This document shows, piece after piece, positions 1 through 8,035 of a DNA stretch of 64,000 nt (its first letter is position 1; each line of letters starts with the position of its first letter). Source of the stretch: a virus; the IMG/VR virus record IMGVR_UViG_3300009155_000048, positions 32,001-96,000 of that record; one strand, 5' to 3'. A program made the translations under genes and the position numbers. The notes below the pieces were generated by a model, which was not told the DNA's origin, searched no databases, and saw nothing but the letters and a program-made list of their open reading frames with translations.

Positions 1-118
1 TACAAATGATACATTAAATAATATACACTTTATCATTGGTAGTAATATTGCCAAAATATTAGATGAAAAGTTGAAATAATAAAAATAATATATACATATA
101 TAAAATAACTCAATAACT

Positions 119-1102
119 ATGAGAAAAGACAATACACAAAACTATCAAACTCCAAACACTAGAATACAACATTTTAGTGATTTCACCGCAAATGCTGGTG
201 CTGAAAAGAAAGAGTTAGGTGATGTTAAACGTTCATTTATGGATAATGAGGATAATGTCCATAATTTACCAAATTTAACTAAGATGAAGTATAATAAAGT
301 TACACATAAAATGGACACCTTATCTAAAGATGAGGTAAATGATAAAATTGACTCACTAGGTGATGTTAAAGAACCATCTCATAAATTTAAAATTGCCGAT
401 GATGAAGTAAATCCTAATCATAAATTTCAAAACAACACAGAAGTTAAAGAATCAAAGATAATCAAATCATTTGAAGCTTTCGGAGCTGGTTTTGTTGATA
501 ATCCACAAATTCCACAATTAAATAAAAATATGGAAGTTGATACACCAATGGAAGATGAAATTGAAGGTGGGTGTGGATGTTGTGATGATTGTACTGGTGA
601 CATGGGATGTCCTTGTGGATGCGAAGATTGTACTTGTTCATCTGATGTTGATTATAGTGATGAAATGGTTAGTTATGAAAATAATGAAGATGTTAAATCA
701 TATATGTTTTTTGGTAATCTACAAACAGTTCATAGATTGTCTTGTGAATTATCAGAGTATCCAGAAGAACAAGTGAATAGTCTATTAAATGAAGGTCACA
801 ATTGGGCAGAAGACCATATATCAGTAACTAAAGAATTAGTTAGTCATGTTTATAACTTTTTAATGAATAAAGGGTTAAATGAACATTTAGATGTGAGTGG
901 TGTAGAGCACGGTGGTGGTAACAATTATATGTTCTTTGCTAATCTTAAAAACATTTCTAAGTGTTGTGAAGAAATACTTGAGATGGATAGAGATGTGATA
1001 GATGAACTATTAGAAAATGGACATGATTGGGCAGAAGATCATATGGCTGCTGCAAAAGAAGATATAAACCAAGTTTACGACTGGTTAAAAAGTGAAATTT
1101 AA
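119..1102 (+). CDS. Hypothetical protein with Cys-rich cluster and two tandem YMFFxNL...GHxWAEDH repeats; probable internal head protein
   Basis: 327-aa ORF behind TAATATATA (86-94); two ~56-aa C-terminal repeats; CGCCDDC...CPCGCEDCTC cluster. Confidence 0.6.
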   Translation: MRKDNTQNYQTPNTRIQHFSDFTANAGAEKKELGDVKRSFMDNEDNVHNLPNLTKMKYNKVTHKMDTLSKDEVNDKIDSLGDVKEPSHKFKIADDEVNPNHKFQNNTEVKESKIIKSFEAFGAGFVDNPQIPQLNKNMEVDTPMEDEIEGGCGCCDDCTGDMGCPCGCEDCTCSSDVDYSDEMVSYENNEDVKSYMFFGNLQTVHRLSCELSEYPEEQVNSLLNEGHNWAEDHISVTKELVSHVYNFLMNKGLNEHLDVSGVEHGGGNNYMFFANLKNISKCCEEILEMDRDVIDELLENGHDWAEDHMAAAKEDINQVYDWLKSEI

Positions 1103-1104
1103 AA

Positions 1105-2685
1105 ATGCTAAAGAAATATACAGACTTTTTATTTGAATCATTATTATTAGAATCTACTTTGATTTATTCTGATAAATTTAAGAATTTACTCAAAGAAATA
1201 GATTCTCCAATAGCTAAAGCTTTACAAGATATTGAAAGTAAAGACTTAACTGTAGCTAATAACTATATTGATGTATCTGATGATAAAGAACAAATTTCTT
1301 TTATACCGGATAGAAGAGCTCAACAAATATTAAGTCCTGAAAATTTAGAAAAATTTGCTATTTATAATGGTGATGGTGGTATACTAACTCATGGACCATC
1401 AAATACCGCAATCTTTGACTTATTAGATTATCAACCAACCGGTGATAGAATGTATAGACCAGAAGTAGGAACAAAAGGTGAAGTTTTATCAAAAGCAGTT
1501 GGACCATCATCTGGTAAAACATATCTTAAAATACAATTTCCAGATGGTATATCAGTTATCAACCAGGAAAAAATTAAATATGAAGATGTAAGTAAATTAC
1601 CATTTACACAAGGTCGTCAAAAAATCAGAATTGGTAGAGGAATTAAAGGTCTTCTAGCAGCAGGTGGCGCTACTTTTACTGATACCGAATTAGAAAAATT
1701 TGTAAATCTTTACAAAGCTGAAATTGAAAAGATGAATGATGTCTTTAGACATTTTGAGTTAGTGGAAGGTGATGATATTGCTAATTGGTATAATTATAAC
1801 AATTATGAATTAGGAAGAAATAAAGGGCCATTAAGTGGATCTTGTATGTGTTCAGTTCCATCAAGTTACTTTGAAATCTACACAAGTAATCAAAATAGTT
1901 GTGAGTTATTAATACTTAAAACAGAAGATGGTCAGAAAATAAAAGGTAGAGCATTAGTATGGAAATTAAAATCACCAGAAGGAATTACTTACATGGATAG
2001 AATCTATACACATAATGATTCTGATGTAGAGTTATTCAGACAATATGCTAAGAAGAATGGTTGGTATTATAAACCAAATAATAACCATATGACTAGTAAT
2101 GATATGGTATCACCTGATGGTTCAGTTGTTAGAATGGGAACATTAGTGGTTAAAGTTAAAAGAGGTGGATACGGAAGATATCCTTACTTAGATACACTTA
2201 AATATTATAACCCGGAAAATGGAACTTTATCCACTGAACAGATGGGTGATTGTTATACATTAGAAGACACAGGAGGTTCATATACAAATAATGATGATTG
2301 TGATTTTTGTGGTGGAGATGGTCGAGTAGATTGCCCGGATTGTGACGGAGATGGCGATTTTAGATGTTCAGAATGTGACGGAGATGGGGATATTGAATGT
2401 TCAGGATGTGATGGACATGGAAAAGTAGATTGCTCAAGTTGTGATGGAGAAGGAGAAGAAGAGTGCTCATCTTGTGATGGTACTGGAAAAGATGGTGATG
2501 ATGATTGCTCAGATTGTGATGGTAAGGGTAAAATTGAATGCTCAAGCTGTGATGGAGAAGGTAAGAAAGAATGTGATGAGTGTAGTGGCAATGGTACAAT
2601 TGGATGTGATAATTGTGGTGGAAATGGTAGAGAAGATTGCTCCAACTGCGATACTTCCGGAAGAGTAGATTGCCCAGAATGTTGA
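1105..2685 (+). CDS. Phage protein with SCM/GRALVW/MDRIY/YPYLDT domain and 12 C-terminal CxxC(xGxG) DnaJ-type zinc-finger repeats
   Basis: Motifs read from translation; 11 CxxCxGxG-like units plus terminal CPEC. Confidence 0.7.
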   Translation: MLKKYTDFLFESLLLESTLIYSDKFKNLLKEIDSPIAKALQDIESKDLTVANNYIDVSDDKEQISFIPDRRAQQILSPENLEKFAIYNGDGGILTHGPSNTAIFDLLDYQPTGDRMYRPEVGTKGEVLSKAVGPSSGKTYLKIQFPDGISVINQEKIKYEDVSKLPFTQGRQKIRIGRGIKGLLAAGGATFTDTELEKFVNLYKAEIEKMNDVFRHFELVEGDDIANWYNYNNYELGRNKGPLSGSCMCSVPSSYFEIYTSNQNSCELLILKTEDGQKIKGRALVWKLKSPEGITYMDRIYTHNDSDVELFRQYAKKNGWYYKPNNNHMTSNDMVSPDGSVVRMGTLVVKVKRGGYGRYPYLDTLKYYNPENGTLSTEQMGDCYTLEDTGGSYTNNDDCDFCGGDGRVDCPDCDGDGDFRCSECDGDGDIECSGCDGHGKVDCSSCDGEGEEECSSCDGTGKDGDDDCSDCDGKGKIECSSCDGEGKKECDECSGNGTIGCDNCGGNGREDCSNCDTSGRVDCPEC

Positions 2686-2695
2686 TAATAAAACT

Positions 2696-2875
2696 ATGGA
2701 AAATATTTTAACATATGAAGATTTTGTAACCGAGAGTTACAATAAACCAAGAAAGGGCATGAAAAGAAGATGGTCAACTAAATATAAGAAGGCCATCAAC
2801 TGTTCAAACCCCAAAGGCTTTTCTCAGAAACAATTTTGTAAAAGAAAAAGAAATGGTGGAAAATACAAATCTTAA
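2696..2875 (+). CDS. Small basic protein (59 aa; MENILTYEDFVTES...WSTKYKKAINCSNPKGFSQKQFC), absent from ORF track
   Basis: ATG 2696 to TAA 2875 translated by hand; fills the gap; N-terminal targeting-like peptide. Confidence 0.75.
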   Translation: MENILTYEDFVTESYNKPRKGMKRRWSTKYKKAINCSNPKGFSQKQFCKRKRNGGKYKS

Positions 2876-3309
2876 ATAGATATAGAAGGATTGATTTTAT
2901 CAACTCTTTTTTCATGCCTACCACCCTCAAATTCCGTGTCTAAAAATACCTCTACTATTCCAATTGCTTCTTCAATTGAAATAAATCTAGCAGGTAAACA
3001 CAAAACATTAGCATTATTATGTTGTCTAGCTAGTGAAGCAATCTCACTATTCCAACAAAGAGCAGCTCTAATATCTCTCCATTTATTCGCAGTCATACAA
3101 ATACCATTTCCGGTACCACAGATTAGAATACCAATAACAGATTCTTCATCTAAAATTGAAGCAGTAACAGCATGTGCATAATCTGGATAATCTACACTTT
3201 CAGTAGATTCAGGTCCAAAATCAATTACAGGGACTCCTTGTTCGGAAATCCAATTAATTAAGGCTTCTTTCATTTCATAACCAGCATGGTCAGATCCAAT
3301 TGCAATCAT
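2872..3309 (-). CDS. rpiB: Ribose-5-phosphate isomerase B
   Basis: IGSDHAG, DYPDYA, GILICGTGNG, ARQHNNANVL, FEGGRHEKRV. Confidence 0.95.
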   Translation of the reverse strand: MIAIGSDHAGYEMKEALINWISEQGVPVIDFGPESTESVDYPDYAHAVTASILDEESVIGILICGTGNGICMTANKWRDIRAALCWNSEIASLARQHNNANVLCLPARFISIEEAIGIVEVFLDTEFEGGRHEKRVDKINPSISI

Positions 3310-4004
3310 AATAATTCATCTAATTTTCTATCTCTATTAATTTGGACATATTTAGCATTATATTCATTCACATAGTGAAGATTAATAAAGTTATTTTTAT
3401 TTAAAACAATTTGATAATTTAATTGTGATATAAATTTCGGCCCACTCAACGAAGTGGTGTTAATATTTGAAGCCACCGGTTCATCAATTTCATAATTATA
3501 ATTAAATGAGTCTTCTTTACCACAAATGATTGTCTTATCATCCCATCGCTTGAAAGCATCTATATAAACAGATATACCTCCAATTTCACCTAATTTATAA
3601 AAAGTATTACTATTACTTACCTTATTTATAGATTCATTGTGGAATAAAACAGATTCTTGAGCAAACATTCCAATTTGAGATGAACAAATGATAAAATCAA
3701 AGTTATTTTCTTTTAGATAATGATAGAGTACACCCATACCATCCGATTCGGATAAATTCATAACATCTAAGAATTCCTCTGATGTAGATTTCATTTCCTT
3801 AAATATTTCTTTATGAAATGATTGAGACAATTCTTGTATCAATAAAGAATTATATTTCGCATCAATATCTAATTTTAGATTAAATGCGTTTTGAAGTGAT
3901 ACCATTTCATCTCTAGTGATAGACATAGATACTTGTATTTTCTGTGATACCGGGAGTCTTTTATCCAACACTCCTAATTTTAATAATTCTGAATTAATTT
4001 GCAT
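3306..4004 (-). CDS. Degenerate paralog of the C-terminal part of the major capsid protein with RDRKLDELL tail
   Basis: SLLIQELSQSFHKEI vs capsid SILVNELSQTISKQI; YKLGEIGGISVYIDAFKRWDDKTIICGK vs YPVGQIGDIQIYVDPYMKYNDNRIVIGR. Confidence 0.7.
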   Translation of the reverse strand: MQINSELLKLGVLDKRLPVSQKIQVSMSITRDEMVSLQNAFNLKLDIDAKYNSLLIQELSQSFHKEIFKEMKSTSEEFLDVMNLSESDGMGVLYHYLKENNFDFIICSSQIGMFAQESVLFHNESINKVSNSNTFYKLGEIGGISVYIDAFKRWDDKTIICGKEDSFNYNYEIDEPVASNINTTSLSGPKFISQLNYQIVLNKNNFINLHYVNEYNAKYVQINRDRKLDELL

Positions 4005-4200
4005 CTATTAAAGTAAATCTTTTTTCACCATCTTCTGATTCAGAATTCCAAATCTCATATGGTCTAACATACACCGAACCAAAGTTCAGTGACTTATACA
4101 CAACCAATCTTTCTTGTGTTTCTGTGTGTACTGCCATTGATATAATCTCATAGGTACCACCTTTGTAATGTTTATAAACTTGCCCCGGTAGTGGATACAT
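3994..4200 (-). CDS. DUF1653-family small protein
   Basis: YKHYKGGTYEI...HTETQERLVVYKSL...YVRP. Confidence 0.85.
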   Translation of the reverse strand: MYPLPGQVYKHYKGGTYEIISMAVHTETQERLVVYKSLNFGSVYVRPYEIWNSESEDGEKRFTLIDAN

Positions 4201-5152
4201 CTTTATTAGTTAATTTTTTACCAGTAGTTGGATCGTAATTTAGAATTAACATCTCAACACCTTTTGCTTGTTCTTTCTTTGTATCAGCGTTATTACCACC
4301 TTGTGCTGAACTTCTAAATACTTCTTTTTCAGTCCAAACATATTGGTCTCTTGGTAACAACTCTTCCAACAAAGGAAAATAATAATAAGAAAGCGACCAA
4401 CGACATTTAGTTGTTTTCAACAATTCCAACAATCTTCTATGAGAAGCTGGTCCAAATACACCTTCTTTATCAGCACCATACCAAAATAATCTCTTAGCAT
4501 CATCTTCACCTTTAGATTCATCAAATCGAGCATATGGTGGGTCTAAATACAAATAAGTATCTTCCGAGTCATACTTAGTAATCAATTCTTCAAAGTCAAT
4601 ATTATAAAACTCGGTGATTGATTGTAATTTTTGAGTATAAGTATTCTTCTTTAATTTAGAAATAAGAACTTCTAACTTCAAACGGTCTTTATCTTTTTTA
4701 TAACCGGAGAAACCACCACCTCTTGGGTACACGCTCGAAAAACTTGATGTAATTAAGAAGGCATAAATAGCAGCTTTTTCAAAATCACCAATTTCAAAAT
4801 TCATATTATCAAGAAATTCATTTTTTGTATATTCTTGATATACTTTTTTGTAAAAATCCCATTTTTTGATTGGATCAATTTCGTTTGTGTGTAACAAAGT
4901 ATTTTTAAGGTCCTCTAAATAAGGTAAAAATTTACCAGGTTCCGAACAACATTTATAAAGATTAACTTGATGACGATTTTTATCATTATAAATAACTGTA
5001 TCAAATTTCAAAGATTCATCATCCATATATGTGGCCATTGATCCAGAGAATGGTTCAATATATGTTTTTATTTCACTTTTTGGAATTTTTGAATTTATAA
5101 ATTCCTTAAATGCTGAGGAGCTTTTTCCTCCAAAATACCCATATAATGCCAT
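4172..5152 (-). CDS. Dam/D12-class DNA adenine methyltransferase
   Basis: YFGGKS, YIEPFSGS, YND, YLDPPY motifs. Confidence 0.9.
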   Translation of the reverse strand: MALYGYFGGKSSSAFKEFINSKIPKSEIKTYIEPFSGSMATYMDDESLKFDTVIYNDKNRHQVNLYKCCSEPGKFLPYLEDLKNTLLHTNEIDPIKKWDFYKKVYQEYTKNEFLDNMNFEIGDFEKAAIYAFLITSSFSSVYPRGGGFSGYKKDKDRLKLEVLISKLKKNTYTQKLQSITEFYNIDFEELITKYDSEDTYLYLDPPYARFDESKGEDDAKRLFWYGADKEGVFGPASHRRLLELLKTTKCRWSLSYYYFPLLEELLPRDQYVWTEKEVFRSSAQGGNNADTKKEQAKGVEMLILNYDPTTGKKLTNKDVSTTGASL

Positions 5153-5188
5153 GTTAATTTTATTTTATTTTTTATTTATATCAGAATC

Positions 5189-6100
5189 CTATAAGAAGTT
5201 TTTATATTCTTCTTTAATAAAATTTTTATATCTAGTCATCAATTTTATACAATCATCATCTATTTTGTTACCTCTTGATATATTAGTAATTTTTTCAAGT
5301 GGTCTTAAATTATCTAAAGAATTAGCAATATGAAATGGAGTATCATCTTTGAATAAGGAGACATGAACTATATGGTCAATTTGCCATTTTTTTCCATAAT
5401 TTTCCCAACTAAGATCATCATAAAATTTACTCTCTAAATTTGATTTTAGTTCATCAGGAGTGTATTTTAGTAAATTATACGTTTTGTCTATTTTAAATAA
5501 AGTTTTTCTATTCAAATAGTTTTTTAATACTTGTCTCCAAGCATGAATATGTATATTCTTTTTATAATTATTTTTATCTTTTTGTCTTCTATCCTCAATC
5601 CTTTTAGAATTTCTGATTTTCCTATCGATATCTCTACAAGATTTACAAATGTGCATATATCTTCCATTTTTAATCAAATAGTCCGACAATTCTCTGTTAA
5701 TATTACATTTTATACAATTTATGTAACCTCTTTCTTCTATTTCTTTTGTTATCTTATCATATTTTTCTTTTGTTTTTAACTTATTTTCTTCACTTCTATT
5801 GAATTTTTCATCACCATAGACTTCTTTAAGTGTTAGTTTATTTTTAAATTGAGCACAAGATGAATTACAAGTGTAGATATTATATCTTTTAATATTTTTA
5901 TTATATTTTTGGTAAGCCAAAAACTTCTCACTTCCACAAATATCACACTTAACATTTATTTTTAAATTTGACTCAACTGGTAGTTGATTTACTGGTATTT
6001 CAATTTTATGATTACACTTTATATCCTGATATCCTAAAGATTTATAATATTCTATATTTAGGTGTGATATTGTTGTTTTAATGTATTCATCCAGAATCAT
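5189..6100 (-). CDS. HNH homing endonuclease with zinc-ribbon N-terminus
   Basis: CDIC, CIKC, CKSC; WENYG..WQIDHI...NLRPL...N..RGNK. Confidence 0.8.
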   Translation of the reverse strand: MILDEYIKTTISHLNIEYYKSLGYQDIKCNHKIEIPVNQLPVESNLKINVKCDICGSEKFLAYQKYNKNIKRYNIYTCNSSCAQFKNKLTLKEVYGDEKFNRSEENKLKTKEKYDKITKEIEERGYINCIKCNINRELSDYLIKNGRYMHICKSCRDIDRKIRNSKRIEDRRQKDKNNYKKNIHIHAWRQVLKNYLNRKTLFKIDKTYNLLKYTPDELKSNLESKFYDDLSWENYGKKWQIDHIVHVSLFKDDTPFHIANSLDNLRPLEKITNISRGNKIDDDCIKLMTRYKNFIKEEYKNFL

Positions 6101-6152
6101 AACTTTATTTACATTTTTTATATAACTTATATATAAAAAATATCACTTCCTT

Positions 6153-6308
6153 ATGGAAAAATATAAACAAACAAAAAAGAAATATAACTCAGACAAAACT
6201 TTTGTTCAGATATCAAAGGATCTACACCAAAAGTTAAAAGATCATTGTAAGGAAAGTGGAATAAGTGTTAAAGACTTCTTGGAGAATTTAATTTCCAAAA
6301 ACATATAG
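6153..6308 (+). CDS. Small ribbon-helix-helix-like DNA-binding protein (51 aa), absent from ORF track
   Basis: TFVQISKDLHQKLKDHCKESGISVKDFLENLI pattern. Confidence 0.65.
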   Translation: MEKYKQTKKKYNSDKTFVQISKDLHQKLKDHCKESGISVKDFLENLISKNI

Positions 6309-6992
6309 TTACCACCAAAGCCAATTTGCGCTCTTGTAATTATCTACAAATTCTACATCTTTATCTTTATATAAAATATTATGTAAAGTTTGTTTTGATT
6401 TTGCTCTTTGAGAACGATTCAAAGTTTTTCTAAAGTGTTTAGGAGCATTGTGATAATTTCTTTTCTCATCATAAAAATTATGAAGAAGTTTAGATTCTAA
6501 TTCAGATTCCTCTTGTTGAAGAATTTCATCAATTAACTTAACTTTAGTTCTATACTCTTTAACATAGGTAATATCCCAATAAAAACTAGGAACAGTACAA
6601 TAGTACCAAATGCCCCATCTACGGGTGTATGGGTCTTCTTTGAAGTGTTTTTGTACTTGAGAAGGAAGTAAATCATAAGCATATTGACTGATACTTGAAA
6701 TGTGTGGCTTGTGATAAATTGAAAAAGTCTTCTTTTTATCCCAGTCAAATAACTCAATTCTACGAGCAAATGAAGTAGTACCAAAGTTATCACAGATAGT
6801 CCAAAAAACCCAATCATCTTGACGGTTTTGGATATCTTGACGTGGTTCAAGTTTGGCAATATAACCAATAAATTCTGGTTCTGGAAGTTCTATCCATCCA
6901 AGGTTACGTTGTGCGTTTCTATTTTCGAGCAACTCTTTTTTAAGGCGAAGGTATTCCTTCTCTTTAAGAAATTGTTTATTTCTCTTTTTCAT
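6309..6992 (-). CDS. Basic/aromatic hypothetical protein downstream of tmRNA
   Basis: 227-aa K/R/W-rich ORF preceded by a uORF and hairpin. Confidence 0.7.
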   Translation of the reverse strand: MKKRNKQFLKEKEYLRLKKELLENRNAQRNLGWIELPEPEFIGYIAKLEPRQDIQNRQDDWVFWTICDNFGTTSFARRIELFDWDKKKTFSIYHKPHISSISQYAYDLLPSQVQKHFKEDPYTRRWGIWYYCTVPSFYWDITYVKEYRTKVKLIDEILQQEESELESKLLHNFYDEKRNYHNAPKHFRKTLNRSQRAKSKQTLHNILYKDKDVEFVDNYKSANWLWW

Positions 6993-6995
6993 TAT

Positions 6996-7054
6996 GTTTT
7001 GTTAGTTTTTTACTAACAAAACTTCAATTCCTTATTGTAGATATATTTTTTCAT
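6996..7054 (-). promoter_or_regulatory. Leader peptide MKKYIYNKELKFC* (7054-7013) overlapping an 11-bp hairpin (6996-7022) that ends 3 nt before the ATG at 6992
   Basis: GTTTTGTTAGT-N5-ACTAACAAAAC perfect inverted repeat; uORF stop lies within the first arm. Confidence 0.5.
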
Positions 7055-7062
7055 AATGTATT

Positions 7063-7092
7063 AAAAAACCCACTTAATTTTTAAGTGGGTTT
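7063..7092 (-). terminator. Intrinsic terminator after tmRNA
   Basis: AAACCCACTTAA-TTT-TTAAGTGGGTTT hairpin followed by T-run on minus strand. Confidence 0.8.
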
Positions 7093-7098
7093 GATTTG

Positions 7099-7451
7099 TG
7101 GAGGTGTCGGTGACGAAACCGAGTCTTCCTTAGTTAACGCAAATTATTCATTCACAGGCTTAGAGAATTTTTCTAAATTCTTCAAAATATAAATTTTTAT
7201 TTTTACGAGTTTCAAACTTAAACTTTCTCGGAACTTTTACAGAGTTCTTACTGTTGGAAACCTATTAAGCTAATACAGCTACTTCGTTTGCCTTTAAGAT
7301 GTTGTTGCGTAGAGCAAATACTAAATCTTCTTTGCCTGCTACTTCAGTTGTTTTGCCGTTTAAAGCGTTTGATACCGTGATTTAATCGGTTAGATATCAT
7401 CCGATGCCTGCATAATTAACCTTACCCTACGAATCAATACTAATCACCCCC
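7099..7451 (-). ncRNA. ssrA: tmRNA
   Basis: 5' GGGGGTG pairs with 3' CACCTCC-A including G3.U wobble (Ala identity); T-arm TCGGT-TTCGTC-ACCGA; 353 nt; internal tag frame ending ...ANEVAVLA TAA TAG. Confidence 0.9.
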
Positions 7452-7467
7452 GTGTTAATTACTTTTA

Positions 7468-7475
7468 CAAAGATA
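7468..7475 (-). promoter_or_regulatory. Bacteroidota-type -7 promoter element TAnnTTTG (also 14692+, 15290+, 17243+, 39159+, 40062+, 46773-46780 minus)
   Basis: TATCTTTG/TATATTTG shortly upstream of seven non-structural genes. Confidence 0.7.
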
Positions 7476-7519
7476 TATATAATATCCTAAAAATCAAAAA
7501 AAGTTTAATTTTTTAAAAA

Positions 7520-8035
7520 TTAAAATGGAACATCATCTTTCTTAAATGAACCACTCTTTTTACTATCATAGTAAAAATCAACAGTTAATAATGGATGACC
7601 TTCTTTAGTTTCCCATAAATCCATTTCGGATTCATATTGAATAAGTGTATCAGTTGTTAACTTCTTCAAAAAACCCATAATTTTCATTAATTTATTAAAT
7701 CTCTCAGTTTTGTTCAAAACAAACTGAATACTTAAATCATAACCATCAGTAGTAACATAATAGTTTTCAATATTAGCTAACTTAATCATTTGTCTAATTA
7801 AAGATGCTAAATGTTCTAAAACATCATCGGATGTTGGATCATTGTCTCTACGATCGTAGTCTTCTTCATCTTCGTCATCATAATCATCATCATAGGGGTC
7901 ATCATACATAGATTCTTCATCTTCACCACCATAGTATTCACTATCACCAAAATCAGAGCTATCTGATGTATTATCAAATTCATCCTCTTCTCCGCGTTCT
8001 TCATTTAGAAGTTCTTTATAGTTTTTTAGTTTCAT
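7520..8035 (-). CDS. Acidic protein with targeting-like N-terminus and SSB-like C-terminal DDVPF
   Basis: MKLKNYKELLNEE, D/E tract, terminal DDVPF. Confidence 0.7.
   Translation of the reverse strand: MKLKNYKELLNEERGEEDEFDNTSDSSDFGDSEYYGGEDEESMYDDPYDDDYDDEDEEDYDRRDNDPTSDDVLEHLASLIRQMIKLANIENYYVTTDGYDLSIQFVLNKTERFNKLMKIMGFLKKLTTDTLIQYESEMDLWETKEGHPLLTVDFYYDSKKSGSFKKDDVPF

Noticed and set aside
2253-2668. Overlapping ORFs 2253-2645, 2360-2599 and 2441-2668
   Set aside because: Shadow frames of the Cys/Gly/Asp repeat region
7099-7125. Stand-alone tRNA
   Set aside because: Only a T-arm and acceptor strand; the pairing partner lies ~350 nt away, as in tmRNA
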